From Octopus vulgaris (lineage: Eukaryota), in contig OX597817.1 in the NCBI GenBank assembly GCA_951406725.2, positions 68,758,001 to 68,822,000 of the forward strand: a stretch of 64,000 nucleotides of DNA, in the 5' to 3' direction. The notes under the pieces are model-generated. The model ran no database searches. It saw nothing but the letters and a program-made list of their open reading frames with translations, and was not told the DNA's origin. Position numbers and translations under genes: made by a program. Positions 25,560-38,246 of the stretch are shown piece by piece (within the stretch, counting starts at the first letter, position 1; the number at the start of each line of letters is the position of its first letter).

Positions 25560-26252
25560 TGATTGAAGGAAATCGCAAATGGCATAGCTAAAATTGGCAA
25601 GGGAAGACAAACTTTCATGCAAAAGTTTAGCAGCCAAAGTAAACTTCGTGATTGAATTCCTTTAGTGATTAACTGGCACTGAAACTTTGTTTGACATTTT
25701 GCAAATTTCAGAAAAAGTCCTCATTTCAAACAAATATTGTTGCAGCTACCTATTGTAGCCTTTAGACCCAAACATATGAGAGAGAGAGAGAGAGAGAGTC
25801 ATTAACCACAAGCTCTGCACACTAAAAAACTACCTTTAGAGTTTCTGAACACTGCACCTTGAAAAACAGTCACAAGAGAAGTAAGCCCTTTTCATTGTGC
25901 AACATCTGTCAAGTCAATTCCATCACAAATCATATCAGAAATGTTACAGAAGTTGGTATATGCAGATGTATGCATCAAACACAACTTGTTTTATGTTGGT
26001 TGTACAACAAAACAATCAAACAAAAGATTCAATGGGTACAGGTATGACATCAAGCACAATAGCAGTAGTTTGATGGAACTTGTCGAACATTTTACATCAA
26101 ACATCTGTAATTTTGAGGAACACCTGAAAGTGCACGTTCTCATAAAATATTTTGACTCTACTACACTTTCAGTTTTCAAAATGCATGAGGACAGATATAT
26201 TTGTGAATTGTTAAAGTCACATCCTGGAGGAATGAATAAAGAGAATAGGTGA
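25560..26252 (+). mobile_element. Penelope-like element 3' relic with GIY-YIG endonuclease
   Basis: ORF 25941-26252 reads LVYADVCIKHNLFYVGCT...KRF...EHF...HEDRYICELLKSHPGGMNKE. Upstream decayed IPLVINWH...LPIVAFRPK and Cys linker LCNIC. Confidence 0.8.
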
Positions 26253-26863
26253 GTTTTATCACATTTGCACAAAAATGTTTGACTAAATATTCTCTTTCCT
26301 GTTTTATGTTTATCCTTGTTACCAATTATGCAAAAGTGAAAACTGATGATGCCATTTTATCTAAAAAGGAATGTAGGACTTCCTCGTTCATATTTTGAAA
26401 TTTTGCTTCTGCAGTCTTTGCTTTCATCCCTTTGGGATTGACAAATTAAGTCCCAGTTGCATACTGGGGTCAATCTAATCGACTGGCCCCCTCCCCCAAA
26501 ATTTCAAGCCTTGTGCCTATAGCAGGAAGTATTATTATTATCATCATTATTATTATTATTATTATTATGATTATTATTATTATTATTATTTATAGTAGCA
26601 GTAACAAGTAATTTAGCCCAAGTTAGCCTTGACAAAAGAGACCTATGACCAAAGAGATTCCAACCATGACCATCTTGTTTTTATCATTTCCAGCCACAGG
26701 ACAACATTATTCAATGTGTCCTTCCTTACTTTTCTTTTTCCAAGGCAACATGGTTCAATTTGCAGAAGATTTGTCTCCTATTTCTAACAGGCTGAATGAC
26801 CCTGAACAATCAGCCTCAGTAGCTCATAATAGTAGTAGTGGTGGTTGTGGTGGTGGTGGTGGT

Positions 26864-26897
<34 letters not shown>

Positions 26898-28274
26898 GTA
26901 GTAGTAGTTGTATTAGTAGTAGTGTTATGAAACCCTGGCTTTTTGGGATTCAAAAATGACATATTCCAAGCAATAATATCAATTATTTTAGAGAGAATAG
27001 TTTCCTTTAGCAGTAGTTTAGCAAAGATGGTTAAAATATTGTTTTTGTTGCTTTATTGCTTCTATTTTCAAGTACTAATGAGTGAGAATTGCTAACCGTC
27101 TCATCAAATGATTGATACACACGCGCATGAACACACACACACAGACACACACACATATACACACACACACACATACACACACATACATAAAGGAATACAT
27201 GGAAATGGAGATGCAACAGAAGCAATTTCATAATAATATATTAATATAAATTTTAGGATGTAAATGAAAATTTAGAAACAAAAAAAAAAAAGACATGAAT
27301 AAAAATTGAAATGAAAAGTTAAAATGAATGAAGAATGTTCTTTTGACATATGTTAAGGAAATGGTACTTCACAATCACTACCATAGCTACGGTACCAACA
27401 GCAATGATCATGAATCTATTTTCATATTTAAATTTTGTTTTTTCTTTCATCTTATTTTCATCCAAAATTAACTTCCATTGTTGCAATTTTTATTTTCTTG
27501 TTTTTTCTATATATTAGGTTATATATATGTTTTTTTTTTACTTTTTCACAGTATATTCATTTTTATTTTATTTTATTTCATTTTATTTTATTTTTTCCCA
27601 CTCTCCTGCCATTTTAGAATAATCCTAGCTTTTGAGACGGAAGCTTTTTCTCAGAGATTTATTGTCTGAAAATCTTGCCAAAACCGATCTGTCTGAAGAC
27701 TGGACAAGTGTTGCCTGTCTGAGAGCATGTAGATGTATGTTTTTGCATGTTTTTGGTTTTATGTGTATATGTCTATCTATTTTTGTGTGTATAGGAGCAT
27801 GCGTCTGCTTTGCATGTGTACATACATGTGTATATGTGTGTTGTGGTTTAGCTGAAAGTTTATATATACTTCCAAAGACATGTTAAGAAGAGAAAATGAC
27901 CTGAATTAGCAAAAATTGTATAGTAATGTCTATGAGTTTTGAATAAATTTGTATGGTACTAGAGAGAAGAAATGTTTGATGGTTTGGCAGAGTATCTTAA
28001 TATGGAAGAAGAAAACTTATTCCCTCTCAGAAATTTCAGAATCCACTCTTCTACCAGTGGCATCATAACTTACCCAGACATTTAATTGGGAGAAACCATA
28101 AAGTACAGGATTTGTATAAAGGACACACAAACACACAGACACACAGATACACAGACATTTTGCCGTTTATATATATATATATGTATATTATTAGTGATAT
28201 ATATATATGTATATGTTTTTATATATATGAGGAGAGATGACAAAGGAATAAATAATTATCTAAAGAACTTCATT

Positions 28275-28355
28275 AGCTTACAACTGTTTCTGCTATAAGA
28301 TGCAGTGGACTCATAGTTGAGTGTCTGAATAACACCTTATAGCTTCATCAGAGCC
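28275..28355 (-). ncRNA. Minimal type I hammerhead ribozyme motif (Penelope-associated type)
   Basis: Minus strand: GGCU-CUGAUGA-A-GCUAUAAGGUG...CAUCUUAUAGC-A-GAAAC-AGUU-GUA-AGCU. Intact core, 11-bp helix II, 4-bp helix I, minimal helix III, GUA cleavage triplet. Confidence 0.7.
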
Positions 28356-28810
28356 TCAAATATGAAGTGGAATTTATTTGGGAAAAATTTCATTTGTGCT
28401 TATATAGGCAGCAATGAGAAAAGTTGACACAGATCTATATAAGGAAAGTGTCTGTCCAAAATGTAATTAGATGCATTAGGGGAAATATGTGTGGATACGT
28501 ATGCATGAGCTCTGAGGTACCCACAAATATGAAAGGTGTACACATGCAAAAATCCAACTCGCAGACAGACAGACAGATATGTAAATGAGTTACGAAAATA
28601 AAAAGTAGTTATGTAATCATCTTTGTTAGATAGTGAAAATTGCATGACTCCTATTCTCAAGAATGCAATACACCACCCAATCCAGGAATCATAACCATGA
28701 CCTTGTGTGTATTGAGTGCAGCACCTCACCACAAGGCCACATGTTTTCACTGTACACTTATGATATACATATACATACACGTAATATGTATAATATATAT
28801 ATATATATAT

Positions 28811-28930
28811 GGCCTGCTCTCTTAGCCAGTGGGGTGGCATCATTTGAAGGCTAAAACAATGTGAAGCGCATTGTGACCAGCGATGTGTAGCAACATCTGA
28901 TAGCCTGGTCAGTCACGGTGATCACGGTGA
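28811..28930 (+). mobile_element. 120-bp GC-richer insert flanked by (TA)n
   Basis: Sharp boundaries within TA repeats. Ends TCACGGTGATCACGGTGA. Confidence 0.55.
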
Positions 28931-29859
28931 TATATATATATGTGTGTGTATATATATGAATACACACACACATATGTACATATAGATATACCCATCCTAT
29001 TTTATTCTTCTACTTGTTTCAATCATAACATATCAACAGGTTTTTTTATTATTACAGTATATTTAATTTAATTTGTTCAACATATGCTACTGTTGCGTGG
29101 ATGTCTCCCAATGTGGCTTTCATAAACCTGCTTTAAAAACTTAACCAGATGAACAAACTGGATGCAAATGAAAACCACATTGCAAGCTATCCATGCAGCT
29201 GAAACATATGCCAGACAGATTGAAATGACATATGCTATAGAATTGACTATAATAATAAAAAAATGCGTAGATGTATTATTCTCCTTATTCAAAGCACCAT
29301 CCAAGTGTGATCGTTGCCAGAGTGGCTAACTGGCTTCCGTGCCAGTGGCACATAAAAGGTATCCTTCAAGCGTGATCATTACCAGCACTTACTGACACTT
29401 GTGCTGGTGGCATGTGTAAAAACATTTGAGCGAGGTTGTTGCCAGTACCGCCTTACTGGCCCCCGTGCCGGTGGCACGTAAAAGCACCCACTACACTCTC
29501 AGAGTGGTTGACGCTAGGAAGGGCATCCAGCTATAGAAACTCTGCCAGATCAAGATTGTAGATTCTGGTGCAGGCATCTGGTTTGTCAGCCCTCGGTCAA
29601 ATCGTCCAACCCATGCTAGCAGGGAAAGCGGATGTTAAACGATGATGATGAATGATGATGATACACTCCATAAACTATACATTATCCAAAGAAGCAAACT
29701 CAAGATTTATCCATTAGATGAAATACATTGGGATGATTTTTACCTCAAATAGTCCTAGGTTGTTCCTTACCATTCAATTCAGTCAGCCATAACTGGTATC
29801 ATAATAAAATGCTTGGATGTTCCCAGCCAGGAAAAAGTATCCCTATCTACTCACTGTAT

Positions 29860-30151
29860 ATAGACATTTCAAAAGAACCAACAGAAAACAAACACTTGAG
29901 ATTTCAGATACTTCATTATGATCGTTTCAGTAGCTGATAATCAATAATTAATAATCATTACATATTAAATTGATCATCAATTGTATTTTCAGATGATATA
30001 CTGAAATATTTCAACATAGCATCTGAAGATATGATCAATGATTAATTTAACATGTAATAATGATCAATTATGGATAATCAACTATTGAAATGATTATAAT
30101 GATACATCTGAAATCTCAACTGTTCATTTTGTTGTTCTTTTAAACTGTTTA
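29860..30151. repeat. ~290-bp spacerless palindrome
   Basis: TTGAGATTTCAGAT (29896) pairs with ATCTGAAATCTCAA (ends 30119). Ungapped arms centred on GAAATATTTC at 30003-30012. Confidence 0.92.
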
Positions 30152-30256
30152 TGATGCTCAATTGATAGCATCATTCCACTGCAAGAGTTTAGCCTAGAGA
30201 TTATTTCAGCCTCAACCTTCTCTGGTAATTTGTAGCACATTAGCACTATACATTTG

Positions 30257-30305
<49 letters not shown>

Positions 30306-30796
30306 CTATCTAGCTAGCTAGCTAGCTAGCTATCTGACTGTCTGTCTGTCTGTCTATCATTATTTAATGTCCAATTTTCCATATTTTCATGGGACAGACA
30401 AAATTTATTGAAGCAGATATTTTTACAGCTGGATACCCTCCTGTCACCAACCTTCAACTGTTTCCAACAAGTTAATATTTCTCCACACATATATAGTGAA
30501 TTCAAATACTTTAAGCTGAACATTAAAAATTGAACATTAAAACACCATTGAACATTAAATAGCAAATAAAACACCAAAAGAATGTACATATGAAATGCAT
30601 GAGCTTGACACTTAGTAAAGGTGGAAAAAGAGTGGGTTTTTTTACATTTAGAGCATATATTTCGAGCATAGCTCATCAGCAAAAGGAACAGAAAGGAAAA
30701 ATCCATTATTTTTACTGAGCTGGCCTCTTGCTACACTGAGGCCAGCTCTGTCCTGTTTTTATTCCCATCTTTGAACCTCCATAAATCCCAAATTTG

Positions 30797-31245
30797 CTTG
30801 TACCAATGCCATGCAAGATGCACTCATGCCAGTACCATGTAAAGTGCTAGTGCAGTTGTGCTGGTGCTATGTAAACTGCATTGTGCCACTGCAATGTGAA
30901 ATGCACTTGTGTCAGTACTATGCAAAATGCACTCATGCCAGTACCATATGAAATGTAACTGGGCCAGTGCCATTCAAATACACTTGGGCCACTTCCACAT
31001 GAAATACACTTGTTTTAGTACCATGTAAAATGCAATTGTGCAAGTATCATGTAAAATGCACTTGTGTCACTTCTACGTGAAATGCACTTGTGACAGTGCT
31101 GTGCATGATGCACTCATGCCAGTACCATGTAAAATTCAATTGTGCCACTGCAATGTGAAATGCACTTGTGTCGGTGCCATGCAAGATGCACTCATGCCAG
31201 TACCACATAAAATGCACTCATGCTAGTAGCATGTATAAAGCACTC
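30797..31245 (+). repeat. 26-bp minisatellite (~17 units) at the head of a family C tail
   Basis: GCACTYRTGCCAGTRCCATGYAAAAT-like units, e.g. at 30903 and 30929. Confidence 0.9.
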
Positions 31246-33988
31246 AACACACTCTGTAAAGTGGTCAACAGCTCTTGGCCTGGCCTGCTCCGATCAAACT
31301 ATCCAACCCATGCCAGCATGGAAAATGGACGTTAAACAATGATGATGATGATGATGATGATGAAATCTAAAATAAACAGTAAAATCTAAATGAACAAGTA
31401 AAGTAAATTAATAAGAAGTGACATAAATATGTAAATTAACTCCAAAAAACTCTTGTACAGAAAACAATTATATTTTCAGTGCCAAACAACCAAAACCATT
31501 TTCTCTTTGTTTCTTTTGCTTTGTGGCTCTTTCCTCTTTCTCTTTGAAATTATAGTTCAAAGAAGTCTTGGAATAGGAGACATTTTTTTGTGTTAGTTTG
31601 TCAATAACAGACTGTTCTCCTTGGTTTGTCTATTATATCATTATTTATGAAGAACATATGCAAGTAATTCTTTGTAACTAGTTTTAAATCAATGAGGGTG
31701 GCTTCTATGTAGACACACCATGTACTAGAAATAGTAGCTAAATCACCCCTTCTTTCTCAAAACATACTCTACCATTTTAAATAAAGAAGGGACAGAGCAT
31801 TCACTGATATGAAAATCAACATGATAGTCATGGTTGGAATGGTTTTGATCTTACATGGGTTCAATCAGTTTCCAATTAATGAGAGTAGCTTCTATGTTGT
31901 CACACCACATACTAGAAATAGTAGCTAAATTACCCCTTCCTTCTCAAAACATACTCTACAATTTTGAATAAAGACGGATACACTGGACAGCACATTCACT
32001 GATATGAAAATCAATGTGATAGTCATGGTTGGAATGGCTTTGATTTTACACGTGGTCAATCAAGATTGAACAGGAGGTAAACATTAACAACAACAATAAT
32101 AATATGTTAACCTTTGCATGTTTCTAAAAATGCATGAGTTATTTCCAGTGTAAGACAAGGCAACAAGATTGGAGAAAATTAAATAAAGATGTAAAATGAT
32201 AGAGATATAATTTCTTTAAAAAATTATTATCACAATCATAAAAGAACAATTATCGTCAGTGTAGCATCACCGGGCATCACCATCGCCGTCACTGTTGTTA
32301 ATGTCAACATCATTGCCGTCGTTGTAAGTTTTACAATTGAAGCCAATAAGAATAGTTGACTGAACATAGAATTTAGTATTTGAATGTGAACTGCATATGT
32401 TAGTTCATGTAATTATGATGAAACATTTAGAGATAATTCGGTTATGTGATAACGGTGGTGGTTAAAGTGGTAGTGGTGGTGGTGGTGGTGATGATGAGAA
32501 ACATTGGAAAGTTGGAAGTGTTGGGGAGAGATGAAAGTGAATTTACAAAGTGTCTATAACAAAAATTGCAAAGAATTTGTGAAGTTTTCTGAAACCAATC
32601 TAAAGTAAAGCTTTTGATATGTATTTGTAAGATGGTGAATAGCGAAGAAAGGAAAGGAGGAAGAATACTGATGCTATCTCTCAAAGTTTTCTTTAGGTAG
32701 ATAATCAGTCTAGATTATTATCACCATCATCCTCATCATCTTCACAACCACTACCACCACCGTCGCCGCCACCACCACCATCATCGCTATCATCATCGTC
32801 TCAACTGTTGTCTTTTATTTGTTTCAGTCATTGGACTGCAGCCATGCTGAGCAGTACCTTGAATGGCTTCAGTCAAACAAATCAGAAGCAGGTATACCTG
32901 TGTGGTAAGAAGTTTGTTTGCTTCCCAGCCACATGGTCCTGGGTTCAGTCCCACTGTGAGGCACCTTCGGTGTCTTTCGTCATAGCCCCAAGTTGACCAA
33001 AGCCTTGTGAATGAATCTGATACATAAAAACTAAAAGAACTCTATCATGAATGTACATGTGTGTGCGCGCATGCATGTGTGTGTGTACATACATATACCT
33101 GTATATGTCTGACAAAAGGTGTTGGTTTTTATATTTCTCCACAGCTTAGTGGACCAGTAAAAGAGATCAACTGAATAGGTATAAATCTTGAAAAAATAAG
33201 AACTGAAGGTCAATTTATCATCATTGTCATTTCATTTAATGCCTTCTAATTTTCTCTGTTTGCATTGCCAGATGAAATTTGTTGAGGCAGATTTTCTACA
33301 GCTAGATGCCCTTCCAGTCACCAACCCTCACCTATTTCCAAGTAAGGTAATATTCCCCCATGACCAGATATGTTTTCACAAGAGGGACACAACTTGCATG
33401 ACAATAATACTCAGAACTATCATGTGACATTAAGGCAAGGAGAGAGTAACACACACACACTCACACACACACACATGCACACACACACACACAACAGGCT
33501 GCCAAACAAATCCACTCACTCAGGCATTTATTGGCTCAGGGCTATAGCAAAAGATAATTGATTATAATGTCAATCAGTAGGCTTGAACTCAAAAACCACA
33601 TACTTCCAAAAATGAGTTTCTTAACCACACAGGCATGCTTACGTCTGTTTTTCCATACTGGCATGGGTTAGATAAGTCTGTATGACAAGAGCATTCCACT
33701 AGTTCCCACAGTTCAGTCATTCATTCTCAGATAGCACGTTGGCAGCAGAAAAAACTGACAATCTTTGCTGTTGTGTAGGTTATGATTTCTTTTATTTTTC
33801 ATGATTTTTAAAGCTGGATGTTCTTCCTGATCATCTTGGAGTGGATATATTTTATAGTGCTACCAATGCTACAGAGGATGTTTGAAGCAGGATTAATCCT
33901 TTTGTTACAATATCTATGTTGAAATACTTTCTCCCTATTTCAATTTATTTATGAAAATAATGAAGAGTTTATTAGAGTAACTTTATCA

Positions 33989-34246
33989 ATAACAACAACT
34001 GTCGTTAACCTTTGCATGTTTCTAAAACTGCATGAATCATTTCTAATGTAGGCAAAGCAACAAAATTGGGGAAAATTAAATAAAGGTGTAAAATGAGAGA
34101 GATATAATTTCTTTCAAAAATTATTATCATTATCATAAAAGACCAATTATCATCAACATCATTGAGTACCACAGTTGTCATTGTCAAAATCAATACCACC
34201 ATCATTAAGTTTTACAACTGAAGCCAATAAGAATAGTTGACTGAAC
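33989..34246 (+). repeat. Diverged copy of local sequence 32085-32365
   Basis: GTTAACCTTTGCATGTTTCTAAAA...GAAGCCAATAAGAATAGTTGACTGAAC is shared. Flanked by AACTTTATCA at 33979-33988 and 34244-34253. Confidence 0.85.
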
Positions 34247-34661
34247 TTTATCATTATTAAGTCATTGTCCAAAGCATTTGCATAAGTTGGTCCTAAAAGT
34301 CCATGCTTATTTTCAAACTTTTAGTTAGCCCTTGTTTCATACGCACTGAGTAATATAAAGCATTTGTTTTTCAAGTCCCAAGTTATTCTGGTCAGGTTAA
34401 ATCAGATATGGGAGTATGCACCATCGTAGTGTGTTGCCACATCCATCGTTTGATGGTATTTGCATTATTTGGCATCACTGATTTGAAACTAACTCATTTG
34501 ACATCAGACATTTTAATGTTTTTGCTCTTATCTTGCTCTCTCCTCCAAGCTGAATGTTAAGTCAGCCGTGACAAATCACCTGTCACAAAAGTCATGCCAA
34601 ATTATTTCATTCAAAAGAATCTAATATTTCAGGCTGTTTCCCTTTGCCAGAGAGTGTAGTG

Positions 34662-34940
34662 CAGTGGTTCCCAAAGTGGGTGGTACTGCCTCTCTGGGGG
34701 GCAATGGAAAGATCCAGTAGGGACATTAAAAAGTAGGGCAATAATGGGGTGACCAAACCAAGGTGATGGATGAAAGCGCAAACAAAATAATGGGTTAATT
34801 AAGTTTTATTTGTGAAATACAGTTGTTTTCAATTTGCTGCAGAGGGTGGTCTATGCTTGTGGTAGTGGTGGGAGGAGGGCACAAAGAATGCAACCAAGAT
34901 GCCAAAGGGGCAGCAGTCTGAAAATGTTTGAGAACCATTG
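34662..34940. mobile_element. hAT (Charlie-like) MITE
   Basis: TIR CAGTGGTTCCCAAA / TTTGAGAACCATTG. Decayed 8-bp flanks GTGTAGTG/GTTTAAAG. Confidence 0.7.
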
Positions 34941-35854
34941 GTTTAAAGGAAAGAAAAGGTGGTTGTGTCACACTTATGGATATTGCCAACTTGCAAATAA
35001 AACAACAACAATACTGCCTCAGTTTTTTTAACACTCAAATGAAGGTTAAGAGCCCCGAATATTAAATTTTTCATTGTTTGTTCCAAACAAAATTACCAAA
35101 TTCTTTTATGAAATCTCTGATGGACTAATTGTTTCCAATACTAGTTTCATAAGATTTTGGAATTTACCCTAAAAATATTTCAGTATTCTGTTTCATCTTT
35201 CTAGTTTTATCATTCAAATACCGACAAGTTAAGCTTTACGTTTCATGTTTAAAAACCCATAAAGTAATTCTTTTTCTTCCTCTTTATTTCCATTCCTTGC
35301 TATACTGCTGATCAGCCTCAGACAATTTGATACTGCATCAGTCTTCCTATGAGTAGAAGCTGCTAGCCTCTCACTCAACTAAATCTCTATTTCTGGAGTA
35401 AAGAATGATGTAAGTGGTTTACCAGAACATTTCCTCTGACAAAACATACTAGACTCCAAGAAAAAGGGAAAGAAGAACAAACCCTAGTACTTGACCAGTA
35501 TTTTATTTACCACCCCTAGAAGAATAAATGATGTATAGACTTCAATATGCAGAGAACTGGAAAAAATAGAGCAAAGCGTTCTGTTCATTCTATCCAATGC
35601 TTTAAGGGTTTGGTTAATTTGCCACCTGATATATTGTTATACAGACTCCAAGAGGATTTGAGGAAAAGTTAACTTGGTGGTATTTGAACTCAAAACATAA
35701 AAAGCCACAAGAAATGCAGCGTAGCACTTTGTTCATTCAATTCAACCAACTCACCACTTTAATAATAATAATAATAATTTTTTTCAAACCTGAGAGTTCA
35801 TCTCAGTAGAATATGAACTTATAATGTAAAGATGGACAAAATACTGCTAAGCAT

Positions 35855-36360
35855 TGGCAATGTTATCATGAACATTGTTTTTTCTTGGTACAAAAGATGG
35901 GCTACAGCAAATATTCTACTCAGTATCACGGATTTGCTTGTCAGTTGCTTGACTGTAACCAGTTGAGCATGTCTTTAAGTGGCTGATGATATGTACATCT
36001 CTGATCCTGAGCAGGAGTAATGGAGAAGCATCATAGCCATATGTAGAGTGAGATTCTTTGGAGTTTGAATAATTCACCTCTGCAAAAATAGGCATTCCAT
36101 TCATCATTCTTACACAAACCTTATTCAGGTATATTTTGAGCAGAATATGCTACTCGACTCGAAGAAAATTCTTACTGGGCTCCACCTGCAAGTTCATATG
36201 CTGTTTATCTCGATATGAGATCACCATGTTGTGCACATGTTGTTGTGATGCATGTGCCTGGTGTACCCCAATCAGACAGGCAGTCATGATGGGTATACTG
36301 GACTTCATGTATTTGTACCCCAGTGTCACTTAGATGGCATGTGCTGCTCTGTTACTTACT
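35855..36360 (+). mobile_element. Family D copy (longer)
   Basis: GATGGGCTACAGCAAATATTCT...GAGATCACCATG...CCCAGTGTCACTT shared with the other copies. Confidence 0.8.
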
Positions 36361-36962
36361 GCAATTTTGTGTAAGCCTCTGAGCAGGTATCGCCATGACA
36401 ACTTTCTCTGTCATGGTCAATGCGACAATTACATGCTACTACTCTTTTTTTTTTTTTTGTTGCATACTGAAAATGCCCTTAAGGAAGTAAAAATTCCAAA
36501 TAGTCACACATTTGTCATTCAGCAAATAAATCAAATAAATATATTCTGTAACATATACTGAATAATATTTCACCTTTCTTATAACCAATACGTATACGCT
36601 CACATAGTCACACACATACATACCTGCATTCACACACACACACATATATGCATTTATTTTCAATGTTTGTGTTTGTGTATGTGTGTGTATGCATCGATAT
36701 TCGAGAACAATACAAAGAAAAAACAATTGAGGCATTAAGAAGATGACTGCAAATATATTTTCCTGCAGGTTACATGAACATCTACATAGCTGGCAGTTTT
36801 AGGACTTCTCAGTCTATCGACAAGCTTACATGTAGACCATTATATGACTTACTGCAGATAATCTACTACTACTACTACTACTACTACTTACAATGTGTTG
36901 CATACCAGCACATACACATCTAACAGATTTTAATGAATTTTGTTAGGTATGTAATACAGAAG

Positions 36963-37018
<56 letters not shown>

Positions 37019-37201
37019 GTGTATATGCATAGTTTAAGTGAGAAAGAAGTATATATAGTTCTGTAATGATCTGAGATTAAAAAGAACAACTTGGATTACA
37101 TTGTGTCTCATTCTGTTACATATCAGCCGGAGCCATGAAGATTACCTCAGTCAAACTGCAAATATATATATATATATATACATACACACATGTATGTATA
37201 C

Positions 37202-37603
37202 AGGTGCAGAAGTGACTGTGTGGTAAGTAGCTTGCTAACTAACCACATGGTTCCGGGTTCAGTCCCACTGCGTGGCATCTTAGGCAAGTGTCTTCTGCTA
37301 TAGCCCTGGGCCGACCAATGCCTTGTGAGTGGATTTGGTAGACAGAAACCGAAAGAAGCCTGTCGTATATATGTATATATATATGTGTGTGTGTGTGTGT
37401 GTCTGTGTTTGCCCCCCCTAGCATTGCTTGACAACCAATGCTGGTGTGTTTACGTCCCTGTCACTTAGTGGTTCGGCAAAAGAGACCAATAGAATAAGTA
37501 CTGGGCTTACAAAGAATAAATCCTGGGGTCGATTTGCTCGACTAAAGGTGGTGCTCCAGCATGGCCGCAGTCAAATGACTGAAACAAGTAAAAGAGTAAA
37601 AGA
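37202..37603 (+). mobile_element. tRNA-derived SINE family A, full length
   Basis: Pol III A-box-like TGACTGTGTGGT, B-box GGTTCAGTCCC, internal (TA)/(TG) tract, tail CAGCATGGCCGCAGTC...GAAACAAGTAAAAGAGTAAAAGA. At least 12 copies in the window. Confidence 0.9.
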
Positions 37604-37639
37604 TATATATATATATGTGTGTGTATTACAATTTTTTGT

Positions 37640-37840
37640 TACCTATTTCAGTCATTAGACTCCAGGTATGCTGGGACACCACCTTGAAGAATCTTAATTG
37701 AATGAATCAGCCCTAGGGCTTTTCTTTTTAAGCCTCATACCTCATCTATTGGATCTCTTTTGCTGAACTGCTAAGTTATGGGGGTGTAAACATCAACACT
37801 GGTTGTCAAGTGGTGGTGGAGAGCAAACACAGACACAAAG

Positions 37841-37871
<31 letters not shown>

Positions 37872-37947
37872 TACATACATGCATGCATGCATGCATACAT
37901 ACATACATACATACATGCATGCATACATACATACATAAATACATACA

Positions 37948-37979
<32 letters not shown>

Positions 37980-38140
37980 CAATGGGCATCATTAAGTTTC
38001 CATCTACTAAATCCACTCACAAGGCATTGGTTGACCTGAGACTATAGTAGAAGACACTTGTGCAAGGTGCCATGCAGTGGGACTGAACCTGGAAACATGT
38101 GATTGGGAAGCAAACTTCTTATCACACAGTCATGCCTACA
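37640..38140 (-). mobile_element. SINE family A, tail-to-tail with 37202-37603
   Basis: Same head, body and tail in reverse, with an expanded internal (CA)/(CATA) tract. Confidence 0.85.
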
Positions 38141-38164
38141 CTCACACACTGGTGCGTGTGTGTA

Positions 38165-38246
<82 letters not shown>

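Noticed and set aside
27618-27669. Possible plus-strand terminal exon (IILAFETEAFSQRFIV*) after a long pyrimidine tract
   Set aside because: The pyrimidine tract is low-complexity (TTTTA)n, the peptide is short and there is no partner exon.
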